This document shows positions 36,320 to 45,643 of a stretch of 64,000 nucleotides of DNA, one piece after another. Under the pieces are notes generated by a model. It was not told the DNA's origin and made no database searches. It saw only the letters and a program-made list of their open reading frames with translations. Every line of letters begins with the position of its first letter. Position 1 is the first letter of the stretch. The translations under genes were made by a program, and so were the position numbers. The stretch lies in contig JAIPGM010000002.1 in assembly GCA_021735655.1 (NCBI GenBank), positions 32,001 to 96,000 on the forward strand. The letters run 5' to 3'. This DNA is from Candidatus Omnitrophota bacterium. GTDB lineage: Bacteria > Omnitrophota > Gorgyraeia > Duberdicusellales > 4484-171.

Positions 36320-36592
36320 ATGCAAGCTAATGCTGGAATTGTTAATTTTATACCACTTTTAGTGATCTTTGGGATTTTTTACTTTTTGATCATTAAGCCG
36401 CAACAGAAAAAGCAAAAGGATCACCAAGAGATGGTTAAGAATTTGAAAAAGAATGATGAAATAATTACTGCCGGAGGAATTCACGGAACAATTGTTCAGG
36501 TGAAAGATAAAACTCTTGGTGTGCGGATTGATGAAAATGCTAAAGTAGAGATCGATAAGATAGCAGTTGCTCAAGTAAAAAAGGTGCGTTAA
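36320..36592 (+). CDS. yajC: preprotein translocase subunit YajC
   Basis: 90 aa with a single TM, then ..IKPQQKKQKDHQEM...L.KNDEIITAGGIHGTIVQV.. typical of YajC. It is upstream of secDF. Confidence 0.8.
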   Translation: MQANAGIVNFIPLLVIFGIFYFLIIKPQQKKQKDHQEMVKNLKKNDEIITAGGIHGTIVQVKDKTLGVRIDENAKVEIDKIAVAQVKKVR

Positions 36593-38751
36593 TGATAAAA
36601 AAAGCAGACCTAAAATTAAGGCTAGCTCTAATCGTTGGTTTGGTGGTTTGGAGCTTTTTTTATGTTTTTCCTTTAGAGAAAAAGATAAATCTTGGTCTTG
36701 ATTTAAAAGGTGGTATGTATGTTCTTTTGCGGGCCGATACCTCGGGTCTAGCTACTGATAAGAAGGCTAATGCAATAAGTGCGGCGGTTGAGAAGATCCG
36801 TAACCGAATTGATAGCTTCGGAGTCAAGGAGACTTCGATCCAGGTTCAAGGCTTAAACTCTATTTTAGTTCAGGTTCCCGGTTTAGTTAATCGTGAAATG
36901 GTAGACAAGTTAAAGCAGGTCGGGAAATTGGAGTTTAAAATAGTTGAAGATGATGAAGAAAAAGTTACCAGTGCTTTAGGCGGCGAAGTACCCGAAGGCT
37001 ATGAATTAAAGAAATATGATGATACCCGTCTTTTGCTTAAGCAAGAGGCAGCCTTGGTTGGCTCTGATCTTTCTGAGAGTTTTGTTGGATTTGATTCTTA
37101 TGGATTAGCTGAGGTACGTTTGAAGTTCACTTCAGAAGGTACTAAGGCTTTTGCTGAGGCGACTGAACAAAATGTTGGGGAGCGCTTGGCAATTGTTTTA
37201 GATGGAGTAGTCAAAAGTGCTCCGGTAATCCGTGAACCGATATTGAGCGGTGAAGCGCAGATTTCTGGAGATTTTTCGGTAGATGAAGCCCGATTAATTG
37301 TTTCGGTATTAAACTCTGGTGCGTTGCCTATTCCTTTAACCGTAGAGGAAGAAAGAAGCGTAGGTCCACTTCTTGGTTCTGATTCAATACGTAGAGGGGT
37401 ATCTTCAATTCTTCTTGGGGCGCTTTTAGTAGTTGTTTTTGTAGTTATTTATTATCTTTTTGGCGGCTTTATAACTATTTTTTGTCTTGCTCTAGACTTG
37501 CTATTTATTCTCGGTGGTTTACATCTTTTTAAAGGAACTCTTACCCTTCCCGGTATCGCCGGCATGATTCTAACCTTAGGTATGGCCGTTGACGCCAATG
37601 TTTTAATTTTTGAAAGAATTCGTGAGGAGCTCAGCCTACATAAACCTTTGGGTTTGGCGGTTAAGAATGGTTTTAATAAAGCCAAGCGTACTATAGTTGA
37701 TGCTAACATAACCACCTTGATCGCAGCCTTCTTTTTGTTTTATTATGGAACTGGACCGATAAAGGGTTTTGCTACTACACTTTCTTTAGGTATAGTTGCC
37801 AGTATCTTTACTTCTGTATTTGTCGGAAGAACAATTTTTTCAGTGCTTTTGGATAGACGTTTAAAAAAGTTTCCGATGCTTTCACTTATTGGCTCTCCGA
37901 AGATTAATTTTGTTAAATTAAGAGGTATTTGCAGTATCGCTTCTTTAATCGCTGTATTTTTAGGAATGTTTTATTTTTATTCTAATCAAGATAAGGTTTA
38001 CGGTATCGATTTTGAGGGCGGGCAAGTTCTTGAGTACAAGATTACACCGCCTGCCGACACTGAAGATGTCCGCCAAATATTAAAAGGTAAGGGTTTTGTT
38101 GATTTAGTAATTCAGGAGTTTAGCGATATTCCGGGAGGAGTTATAATTAAGAGTAAGGATGATATCGGCTATGAGCTAGAGAAAACCTTAAAAGACAATT
38201 TTGATCAGGTTGATGAACTTAGAGTCACGACCATTGGTCCGACTGTTGGTAAGATTCTAAGGCAGAAGGCTTATCTGGCGATTTTGCTTTCTCTTTTAGG
38301 GATACTTGTTTATATAGCTTTTCGTTTCAAACACTTTGATTTTGCTTTAGCTGCGGTAATTGCTCTTTTCCACGATGTTTTTATAACTTTGGGTATACTT
38401 TGTTTTGTCGGCTTCAAGGTTGATCTTTTGGTTGTTACTGCTTTACTTACAATCGCCGGTTATTCGATAAACGATACGATTGTAATTTATGATCGAATAC
38501 GTGAAATCGAACCACGCTTTAAGCGAAGCTCATTGGGCGAAGTTATTAATTTAGCCATAAATAGTACCTTGTCCCGAACGATAATCACATCGCTCACTAC
38601 ACTCATGGTGGTTGTGTCGATATATATACTCGGTGGAGAGGCGCTTAAAGGGTTTTCCTTTGCTCTTTTAATCGGAATCGTTGCCGGTACTTACTCTTCG
38701 GTTTATATTGCCTCCCCCTTAGTGCTTCTTTTTAGAAAGACTCGTGCTTGA
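36592..38751 (+). CDS. secDF: fused protein-export membrane protein SecD/SecF
   Basis: 719 aa with two 6-TM bundles and periplasmic domains. The SecD N-half and SecF C-half are fused. Confidence 0.9.
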   Translation: MIKKADLKLRLALIVGLVVWSFFYVFPLEKKINLGLDLKGGMYVLLRADTSGLATDKKANAISAAVEKIRNRIDSFGVKETSIQVQGLNSILVQVPGLVNREMVDKLKQVGKLEFKIVEDDEEKVTSALGGEVPEGYELKKYDDTRLLLKQEAALVGSDLSESFVGFDSYGLAEVRLKFTSEGTKAFAEATEQNVGERLAIVLDGVVKSAPVIREPILSGEAQISGDFSVDEARLIVSVLNSGALPIPLTVEEERSVGPLLGSDSIRRGVSSILLGALLVVVFVVIYYLFGGFITIFCLALDLLFILGGLHLFKGTLTLPGIAGMILTLGMAVDANVLIFERIREELSLHKPLGLAVKNGFNKAKRTIVDANITTLIAAFFLFYYGTGPIKGFATTLSLGIVASIFTSVFVGRTIFSVLLDRRLKKFPMLSLIGSPKINFVKLRGICSIASLIAVFLGMFYFYSNQDKVYGIDFEGGQVLEYKITPPADTEDVRQILKGKGFVDLVIQEFSDIPGGVIIKSKDDIGYELEKTLKDNFDQVDELRVTTIGPTVGKILRQKAYLAILLSLLGILVYIAFRFKHFDFALAAVIALFHDVFITLGILCFVGFKVDLLVVTALLTIAGYSINDTIVIYDRIREIEPRFKRSSLGEVINLAINSTLSRTIITSLTTLMVVVSIYILGGEALKGFSFALLIGIVAGTYSSVYIASPLVLLFRKTRA

Positions 38752-40636
38752 AACATTCAAGATCTATCCTCACAAGCGAATTTCGCTTCAAGAAATAACT
38801 AAAAAACTACTTTCTTTGGGTTATCGACGTTTCGACCAGGTAGCTCAAGAAGGAGATTTTTCTATCCGTGGTGATACCTTAGAGATTTTTCCAGCTAATT
38901 TTAGCTACCCTTTAAGAGTTGAATGGGAATTCGAGACGATTAACAAAATTTTTTCTTTTGATAAGTCTTTTAATAAGAAAATTCTTGATTATGATTTTCT
39001 TTTTTTGATCCCTTGCCTAAAGAAGCGTAAACGCTACATTTCCGAAGATTCGCCAATTTCAGCGGTATTACAAATTAAAAAAGGTGATTACGTAGTTCAT
39101 AGCCGTTATGGGATAGGTGTATTTTGCGGTTTAAATAAGTTAATTGTAAGGAATAAGGAAGATTATTATTTTGAGATTGAATACGAAAATAAAGATAAGC
39201 TTTATGTGTCTAGAGAAGAAGCTCACCTTATTCAGAAATATTCTAATTTTAACTTAAACCGGCCACGGCTCACCCGTCTTGGTAGCCGAGATTGGCCGCG
39301 CCTTAAAGAGAAGGTTGAAAAGGGTATCAAGCATTTTGCTGTATCAATTTTGCGCATGGAGGCTCAAAGAAAAATAATCGGCGGGTTTAAATATGCTGAG
39401 GATGATTCCTGGCAGAAAAAGTTTGAACAGGGTTTTCCTTATCGAGAGACGCTTGATCAAGCTAAAGCCACGATTGATACAAAGAATGATATGCAGCGGA
39501 CTGGTTGTATGGATCGAATAATTTGTGGTGATGTCGGTTATGGTAAAACTGAAGTTGCAATGCGAGCAGCTTTTAAGGCGGCTAGTTGTGGTCGGCAGGT
39601 GGCTTTTTTAGTTCCGACTACAATTCTTGCGTATCAGCATTATATAAATTTAACAAAAAGATTGTCTGGTTTTCCTTTTTACGTTGAAATGCTTTCTCGG
39701 TTTCGTTCAGGCTCCGAGCAAAAAAATATTTTAACTAAATTAAAAGAGGGTAAGATCGATATTATTGTCGGTACTCATCGTCTTTTATCCGGCGATGTCG
39801 ATTTTAAGGATTTGGGTCTTTTGATTATCGATGAGGAGCATAAGTTTGGGGTGACCCATAAGGACAAGATAAAAAAACTGAGAGTGCGTATAGATATTCT
39901 TAGTCTTACCGCAACACCAATACCACGTACTCTTTATATGAGTTTAGTCGGTTTAAAAAATATATCCTTAATAAAAACACCACCTAAACAGCGCTTGGCG
40001 ATTAAAACTGAAATGATATCTTTTAATCCTGAACATTTAAAAGATATAATTGTTCGGGAGGCAAAGCGTGGTGGCCAGGTTTTTCTCATTCATAATCGTA
40101 TCGAAACCATAGATCGCATCGAGAACGCTCTAAGAAAGGTTTTACCTAAAGAGTTAAGGATGGAGGTTATTCATGGAAGGCTTCCTACTAAAGAAATAGA
40201 GGAAGTGATGCTTGAATTTATTAATCAAAAGATAGATTGTTTGCTGTCGACGGCAATCGTTGAATCGGGGATAGATATTCCTACGGCCAATACAATTATT
40301 ATCAACGATGCTTATAGATTTGGTTTGGCTGATTTGCATCAGCTGCGGGGTAGAGTTGGCAGGCATAATGTTCAAGCTTATTGTTATTTGGTTATTCCGC
40401 CTAAACATAGTGTATCTTCTGATGCGATTAAACGTCTTAAGATGATTGAGGAATTTTCTCATCTTGGAGCTGGTTTTGAGATAGCAATGCGAGATTTGGA
40501 GCTTCGAGGTGCCGGAAATATTTTAGGTCGCCAGCAGCACGGATTTATTTGGATGGTTGGTTTTGACCTATATTGTCGAATGCTTAAAAAAGAGATTGAA
40601 TATTTAAAAGAAGCGTTTAAGATAGGTATGAGTTAG
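38744..40636 (+). CDS. mfd: minimal Mfd-like transcription-repair coupling factor (CarD/RID domain + SF2 translocase only)
   Basis: CarD-like RNAP-interacting domain (KGDYVVHSRYGIGVFCGL). Helicase motifs GDVGYGKTEVA, DEEH, and TRG-like ..RGRVGR. At 630 aa it lacks the N-terminal UvrB-homology domains and the C-terminal D7. Confidence 0.7.
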   Translation: MLETFKIYPHKRISLQEITKKLLSLGYRRFDQVAQEGDFSIRGDTLEIFPANFSYPLRVEWEFETINKIFSFDKSFNKKILDYDFLFLIPCLKKRKRYISEDSPISAVLQIKKGDYVVHSRYGIGVFCGLNKLIVRNKEDYYFEIEYENKDKLYVSREEAHLIQKYSNFNLNRPRLTRLGSRDWPRLKEKVEKGIKHFAVSILRMEAQRKIIGGFKYAEDDSWQKKFEQGFPYRETLDQAKATIDTKNDMQRTGCMDRIICGDVGYGKTEVAMRAAFKAASCGRQVAFLVPTTILAYQHYINLTKRLSGFPFYVEMLSRFRSGSEQKNILTKLKEGKIDIIVGTHRLLSGDVDFKDLGLLIIDEEHKFGVTHKDKIKKLRVRIDILSLTATPIPRTLYMSLVGLKNISLIKTPPKQRLAIKTEMISFNPEHLKDIIVREAKRGGQVFLIHNRIETIDRIENALRKVLPKELRMEVIHGRLPTKEIEEVMLEFINQKIDCLLSTAIVESGIDIPTANTIIINDAYRFGLADLHQLRGRVGRHNVQAYCYLVIPPKHSVSSDAIKRLKMIEEFSHLGAGFEIAMRDLELRGAGNILGRQQHGFIWMVGFDLYCRMLKKEIEYLKEAFKIGMS

Positions 40637-40660
40637 ATAATTCGATCTAACATTTTTTAA

Positions 40661-40758
40661 TCCCTCGCAGAAATCCCCGGGCTTTAGCCCGAGGGATGAA
40701 TGCTCTTTTAGGATTTCTGCTCGGGAGGAAGCCTTGGCCTTTAGGCCGGGGAGGCTTC
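40661..40758 (+). repeat. tandem GC-rich palindromic stem-loop units containing GGGC-TTTAG-CCC / GGCC-TTTAG-GCC cores
   Basis: Unit 1: TCCCTCG(40661-67)...GGGCTTTAGCCC...CGAGGGA(40690-96). Unit 2: GAAGCCT(40728-34)..GGCCTTTAGGCC..AGGCTTC(40752-58). A 10-bp inverted repeat GCAGAAATCC (40667-76) / GGATTTCTGC (40711-20) is also present. The element is intergenic between mfd and the surA-like gene. Confidence 0.5.
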
Positions 40759-40833
40759 ACTGCAACTTGAATCTTGAAAAGATTCGTTAGTTGAATTATG
40801 AAAAAATGTTGATCTCATTAAAGGAGGATGATA

Positions 40834-41757
40834 GTGTTTAGAAAAACTAATAAGAAGTATTTAATTCTTGGGTTGGTTATTGGTTCTGTTTGTTTATTTG
40901 GCTTAACTTTAAGAGTAAACGCTGAGGCGGTAGCTAAGATAATCGCTAAGGTCAATAAGCAAGTAATAACCTCTCGAGATTTGGATGAGTATTGCAAGGT
41001 TTTGCAGTTTAAATTAAGTGATTCTCGGGATAATATTCCTTCCGAAGATGTTGAGTTTCGGAAAATAGCTCTTAGTAGGTTAATTGAAGATAAGCTTATT
41101 CTTGATGAGGCAAAAAGAATAAAGATGGAAATCCCTCGGGCTTTGGTTGAGGATCGTCTTAATGAGATTATTAAATCTCATCCTTCGCGTGAGGTTTTTG
41201 AGGAATCTTTAGAAGAACGAGGACTTACAGTTACCAAATTAAAGGAAAAAATAAGAGAGCAGTACTTAATGCGTGAACTTATACAGATGCAGGTAAAGTC
41301 TTCAATTGCTATATCGCCACAAGAGTTAAATAGTTATTACTCTGAGAATAAGAGCCAAATGCTTTCTCCGGCAGGATACATTTTTTATATCGCTACCTCT
41401 AAAGATGAGGGTAGTCTTAATCAGATAGTTGATAAAATTAAAACTGAGGGCATAGCTAAGGCTCTCGGTGACTATCAGGATGAGTTGATAAGGATGGAGT
41501 CGGCTGAAGATGAGTTGAAACCTCAGATAGTCGGCATTCTTGAGAAACTTAAAGGTGGTCAAAGTGAAGTGGCTAAAATGGAAGAGACTTATTATTTAGT
41601 TTACATGGAGAGCAAAATAGACCCTAGAGAGCTTACTCTTTCTGAGGCCCAAGAGGCAATTCGTGGTTATCTTTGGGATCAGAAATTCAAACAAAAATTT
41701 AGTGAGTGGGTTAAAGAGTTGAAAGAGATGTCGGTAATAAAAATTTATAATGAGTAA
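40834..41757 (+). CDS. SurA N-terminal-domain-like periplasmic chaperone (no obvious PPIase domain)
   Basis: Signal peptide and SurA_N-like helical region. The conserved gene order surA-pdxA-ksgA supports the call. GTG 40834 is preferred over ATG 40828 because of its spacing from the GGAGG RBS. Confidence 0.5.
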   Translation: MFRKTNKKYLILGLVIGSVCLFGLTLRVNAEAVAKIIAKVNKQVITSRDLDEYCKVLQFKLSDSRDNIPSEDVEFRKIALSRLIEDKLILDEAKRIKMEIPRALVEDRLNEIIKSHPSREVFEESLEERGLTVTKLKEKIREQYLMRELIQMQVKSSIAISPQELNSYYSENKSQMLSPAGYIFYIATSKDEGSLNQIVDKIKTEGIAKALGDYQDELIRMESAEDELKPQIVGILEKLKGGQSEVAKMEETYYLVYMESKIDPRELTLSEAQEAIRGYLWDQKFKQKFSEWVKELKEMSVIKIYNE

Positions 41758-42679
41758 AAAGAGAGTCGTAATTGCCTCCGGAGATCCAGCTGGTTGTGGG
41801 CCGCTAATTACCTTAAAGGCTATTGAGCAGCTCAAAAACAAGGATATTGATTTTTTTGTTACTGGTGATAATAAAATTTTCGAGCAGTTTCCGGTATATA
41901 AAAGGGTAAAAAAACGTATTAATTTTATTGATCTTAATACTCCCGGAATCAAAAAACTAAAAAAAGGAAAACCGTCAATTTCATCTGGACGAGCCGCCTT
42001 AAGCTATCTTAATGAGGCCTTAGAGCTAGTTGATAGCAAGGATATTAGGCGGTTAGTTACCGCCCCCTTATCTAAAGAAGCCGTACAGTTAATCTATAGG
42101 CAGTTTAGTGGTCATACTGAGTACTTAAAGAATTATTTTAGGGTCCCACAGATTGAGATGATGATGGTTTCAGCTCAGCTAAAGATAGTTCTCCTAACTC
42201 GGCACATTGATTTAAGTAAGGTGAATTCTTTATTGAGACCAGAAGAGATTAAAAAAACTCTCAGCTTAGTCTATTCTTCACTTCAAGGTCAGTTTAAACT
42301 AAAAAAACCAAACATAGCCTTTGCTTCTTTTAACCCTCATGCCGGAGTTGATACTTTTTTCGGAAAGGAGGAAAAGAAGATAGCTTTCGGTATTGCTAAA
42401 TTTAGAAAGAAGATTTCCGGCCCATACCCGTCGGATACTTTATTTACTAAAGATAGTCTAAATAAATATGATTGTATTGTTTGTGTTTACCATGATCAGG
42501 CAATGATTCCTTTTAAGTTGCTAGCGATGAGGGAGGGGGTAAATCTTACTTTGGGTTTACCGATCGTGAGAACCTCTCCGGCTCACGGCGTAGCTTATGA
42601 TCTTACAAAACAGAAAAAAACTCCATTTCATTCCTCAATGTTTGAAGCTATCAAATTAGCTTTAAAACTCACCCCATGA
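41750..42679 (+). CDS. pdxA: 4-hydroxythreonine-4-phosphate dehydrogenase
   Basis: VIASGDPAGCGP... and the conserved ..HAGVDT..G.EE.. His-rich metal site pattern of PdxA. Confidence 0.88.
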   Translation: MSKKRVVIASGDPAGCGPLITLKAIEQLKNKDIDFFVTGDNKIFEQFPVYKRVKKRINFIDLNTPGIKKLKKGKPSISSGRAALSYLNEALELVDSKDIRRLVTAPLSKEAVQLIYRQFSGHTEYLKNYFRVPQIEMMMVSAQLKIVLLTRHIDLSKVNSLLRPEEIKKTLSLVYSSLQGQFKLKKPNIAFASFNPHAGVDTFFGKEEKKIAFGIAKFRKKISGPYPSDTLFTKDSLNKYDCIVCVYHDQAMIPFKLLAMREGVNLTLGLPIVRTSPAHGVAYDLTKQKKTPFHSSMFEAIKLALKLTP

Positions 42680-43449
42680 AACAAAAGCGTTCTTTAAGCC
42701 AGGTATTCTTAAACGATAAGAAGTGTATTGAGAAAATGGTAAGCGTTTTAGATATCGATGGTAAAACTGTTTTTGAGATTGGCCCTGGTTCAGGGTGCAT
42801 TAGCGAGCATCTTGCTCAAAGGGCTAAAAAATTTATCTGTGTAGAGATCGATCCCCGTTTTTATAAAGTTCTAAGCGATAAATTTGCTCAAAAGTTAAAT
42901 ACCGAAGTCGTTGCGGCAGATGTACTTAAGTTTCCACTTTCTAAGGTAGGCGGAAAAATAGTTGTTTTTGGTAATGTTCCTTATCAGATAAGTTCAGATA
43001 TAATTGAATACCTTATAAGCTATCGTAGTCAAATCAAGCAAGCTTACCTTACTTTCCAGAAGGAGTTTGTTCAGAAACTTCTCGCTAAACCTTCTTCAAG
43101 CTTTTACGGTATTCTTAGCTGTCGCATCCAGTATTATGCGAAAATCAAGAAAATATTTGATATATCGGCTGAGAGTTTTTGCCCTAAGCCGAAGGTAGAC
43201 TCTTCTTTTATTAGGTTAGAGTTTTATAAGAAACCTCTCTATAAAGCTAAAGATGAAAAGTTTCTTTTTGATCTTATTACCAAGGCTTTCTCCCAACGCC
43301 GCAAAAAGATTATTAACTCTTTAGCGATAGACGAACCAGAGAAGGTTCTTCTAAGCCTTAAGATAAACCCAAATCTAAGGGCTGAAGATTTATCTTTGAA
43401 AGAATATGTAGCTATAGCCAATAACTTTAGTATTTTGAGTCAGAAATAG
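42676..43449 (+). CDS. rsmA: 16S rRNA (adenine1518/1519-N6)-dimethyltransferase
   Basis: LSQVFLNDKKCIEKMV...FEIGPGSG...GNVPYQISS motifs of KsgA/RsmA. Confidence 0.88.
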   Translation: MKQKRSLSQVFLNDKKCIEKMVSVLDIDGKTVFEIGPGSGCISEHLAQRAKKFICVEIDPRFYKVLSDKFAQKLNTEVVAADVLKFPLSKVGGKIVVFGNVPYQISSDIIEYLISYRSQIKQAYLTFQKEFVQKLLAKPSSSFYGILSCRIQYYAKIKKIFDISAESFCPKPKVDSSFIRLEFYKKPLYKAKDEKFLFDLITKAFSQRRKKIINSLAIDEPEKVLLSLKINPNLRAEDLSLKEYVAIANNFSILSQK

Positions 43450-43502
43450 TTTGAAAATCGTAGTTAGGGGTGCTAAAATAAATATCAATTAAGGGAGGGT
43501 AT

Positions 43503-44111
43503 ATGCGTAAAGGTTTTACTCTAATTGAACTAATTGTAGTCATCGCGATTATCGCTATTTTAGCTGCTATCATCGCCCCTAATGCTTTCAAAGCAATTGA
43601 AAAAGCCAGAAATGCTAAGACAATAGCTGATTTGAAAGCCATAAAGACTGCGATAACCGCTTTGTATGCTGATACAGGGAGGTTCACTCGTGGTTGTGCT
43701 GCTTTTGTAACTACTGAGCTTGAGATGAGGTTAAATGATGAGGGTGTAGGTTTGCTAGATAAGCCTGTAGCGAGAGTGTGGCATGCTGGTGGTTCTGGTG
43801 ATGCGCCTTGCGAATGGACTGCAAGTAATGTGGAGGCTTGGGACGGACCTTATGTTGAGGGTGGTAACCTTATTGATGTTTGGCAAGAGGCTTATATCTA
43901 TGATGGTGATTATACAGTTTGTACGATTAACTGTGCTGGTGGTTGTGTGTTTAATATTTATACTGAGTGTGCTTCAGCTGATCCAGCACGATTGTTATGT
44001 GAAGATGAATGTGGCCCAGCTGGACCCTGTAAGCCCCCAGTTTTGGGTTCGTTTGGTCCAGACGGTGAGTGGTACACTTGTGATGATATAGTAGTGAAGC
44101 TTAGCAACTAA
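43503..44111 (+). CDS. GspG-like pseudopilin paralog 4 (14 Cys in the mature region)
   Basis: MRKG|FTLIELIVVIAIIAILAAIIAPNAF, AWDGPYVE, and the C-terminal SFGPDGEWYTCDDIVVKLSN motif shared with paralog 3. GGGAGGG RBS. Confidence 0.8.
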   Translation: MRKGFTLIELIVVIAIIAILAAIIAPNAFKAIEKARNAKTIADLKAIKTAITALYADTGRFTRGCAAFVTTELEMRLNDEGVGLLDKPVARVWHAGGSGDAPCEWTASNVEAWDGPYVEGGNLIDVWQEAYIYDGDYTVCTINCAGGCVFNIYTECASADPARLLCEDECGPAGPCKPPVLGSFGPDGEWYTCDDIVVKLSN

Positions 44112-44112
44112 A

Positions 44113-45624
44113 ATGAAGAATCAAACTCTAGCCCATCATCGGCCCCAGTGGAAAACCCATATCGGATTTCTTTTGGCTGCTGTAGGCTCAGCCATTGGCT
44201 TAGGTAATATTTGGCGTTTTTCTTACCTTTGTTATAAGAATGGTGGAGGAGCCTTCCTAATACCTTATTTAATTGCATTATTGATTGTCGGTATTCCTTT
44301 GATGGTTTTGGAAATCGGCCTTGGTCATAAGATGCGTGGTTCAGCCCCGGCCTCATTCGCTAGTGTTTCTAAAAAATGGGAGTGGCTTGGTTGGTGGCAG
44401 GTAATTTTTGTAATGTTTGGCATCGTTCTTTATTATTCAGTTGTCATATCTTGGTGTTTAAGTTTTCTATTTTTTTCCTTTAAACTAAACTGGGCACCTG
44501 ACCCGAATGTTTTCTTTTTTAAAAAGTTCCTAATGGTTAGTAGTGGCCCTTTTGATATCGGCCAGCTACGCACACCGATTGTATTTTCTTTACTTTTGGT
44601 CTGGTTTTTTAGTTGGCTTATTTTGTTTCGCGGGGTACAAAAGGGCTTAGAGCGGGCCAATAAGATATTTATGCCCCTTTTATTTTTTTTAACAGCAATT
44701 ATTGTTTTTTGGGGTTTGCACCTGCCGGGAGCAAGGGCCGGGGTGATGGTTTATCTTACTCCTGATTTTAGTAGACTTAGCGATGTAAAAGTTTGGATGG
44801 ATGCTTTTAGCCAGATATTTTTTACTTTGAGTTTAGGTTTCGGGATTATGATTGCGTATGCATCATATCTTCCTAAGAAGAGTGAAATTGTCAGAGACGC
44901 TTTAATTATTAGTGGCGTAAACTCTTTATTTTCTTTGTTTGCCGGGTTTGGTGTATTTGCAGTTTTGGGTTATATGGCTCATACTACCGGTCAGCCAATT
45001 AGCGAGGTAGTATCTGAGTCAATTGGCTTGGCCTTTGTAGCCTTCCCTAAGGCGATAAGCCTTTTGCCGTACCTTGCTAAGTTTTTTGGAATTGTCTTCT
45101 TTGGAAGTTTAGTTATTGCCGGATTGTCATCCTCAATTTCGATAGTCGAAGCTTTTACCTCAGGCTTAGTCGATAAGTTTCATTACTCACGTAAAAGTGT
45201 TGTCTCAGCTTTGTCAATATTGGGATTTTTAGGGGGTGTAGTTTTCGCAACCCAAGGTGGGCTTTATTGGTTAGATATTGTAGATCATTTCCTTACTCAG
45301 TATGGATTAGTGGCTGCGGCAATCTTTGAGTGTATATTACTTGGTTGGATTTATAAATCAAACAAGCTGAGGGGACACATAAACCATTATAGTAGTTGGC
45401 GTTTGCGCGGTTGGTGGGATATTTGTGTAAAATTTGTGATACCGTTAATTTTGCTTATAATTTTTGTTTCAGCTTTGGTCGAAGAGTTTAGTACGCCCTA
45501 TGGAGGATATTCTCGTCTAGCAATCGTTTTAATTGGCAGAGATTGGCTTATCTACACTTTATTCTTCGCAATTATCGTCGCCTCACATCACTGGAAAACA
45601 GAACCCAGTGAAAGAAACCTTTAA
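44113..45624 (+). CDS. sodium-dependent (NSS/SNF family) transporter
   Basis: N-terminal GFLLAAVGSAIGLGNIWRFSY NSS signature. 12-TM, 503 aa. Confidence 0.8.
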   Translation: MKNQTLAHHRPQWKTHIGFLLAAVGSAIGLGNIWRFSYLCYKNGGGAFLIPYLIALLIVGIPLMVLEIGLGHKMRGSAPASFASVSKKWEWLGWWQVIFVMFGIVLYYSVVISWCLSFLFFSFKLNWAPDPNVFFFKKFLMVSSGPFDIGQLRTPIVFSLLLVWFFSWLILFRGVQKGLERANKIFMPLLFFLTAIIVFWGLHLPGARAGVMVYLTPDFSRLSDVKVWMDAFSQIFFTLSLGFGIMIAYASYLPKKSEIVRDALIISGVNSLFSLFAGFGVFAVLGYMAHTTGQPISEVVSESIGLAFVAFPKAISLLPYLAKFFGIVFFGSLVIAGLSSSISIVEAFTSGLVDKFHYSRKSVVSALSILGFLGGVVFATQGGLYWLDIVDHFLTQYGLVAAAIFECILLGWIYKSNKLRGHINHYSSWRLRGWWDICVKFVIPLILLIIFVSALVEEFSTPYGGYSRLAIVLIGRDWLIYTLFFAIIVASHHWKTEPSERNL

Positions 45625-45643
45625 AGATAAAATTTTTAAAAAG

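Noticed and set aside
43783-44091. 102-aa alternative-frame ORF inside pseudopilin paralog 4
   Set aside because: It is fully nested in the strongly supported pilin frame.
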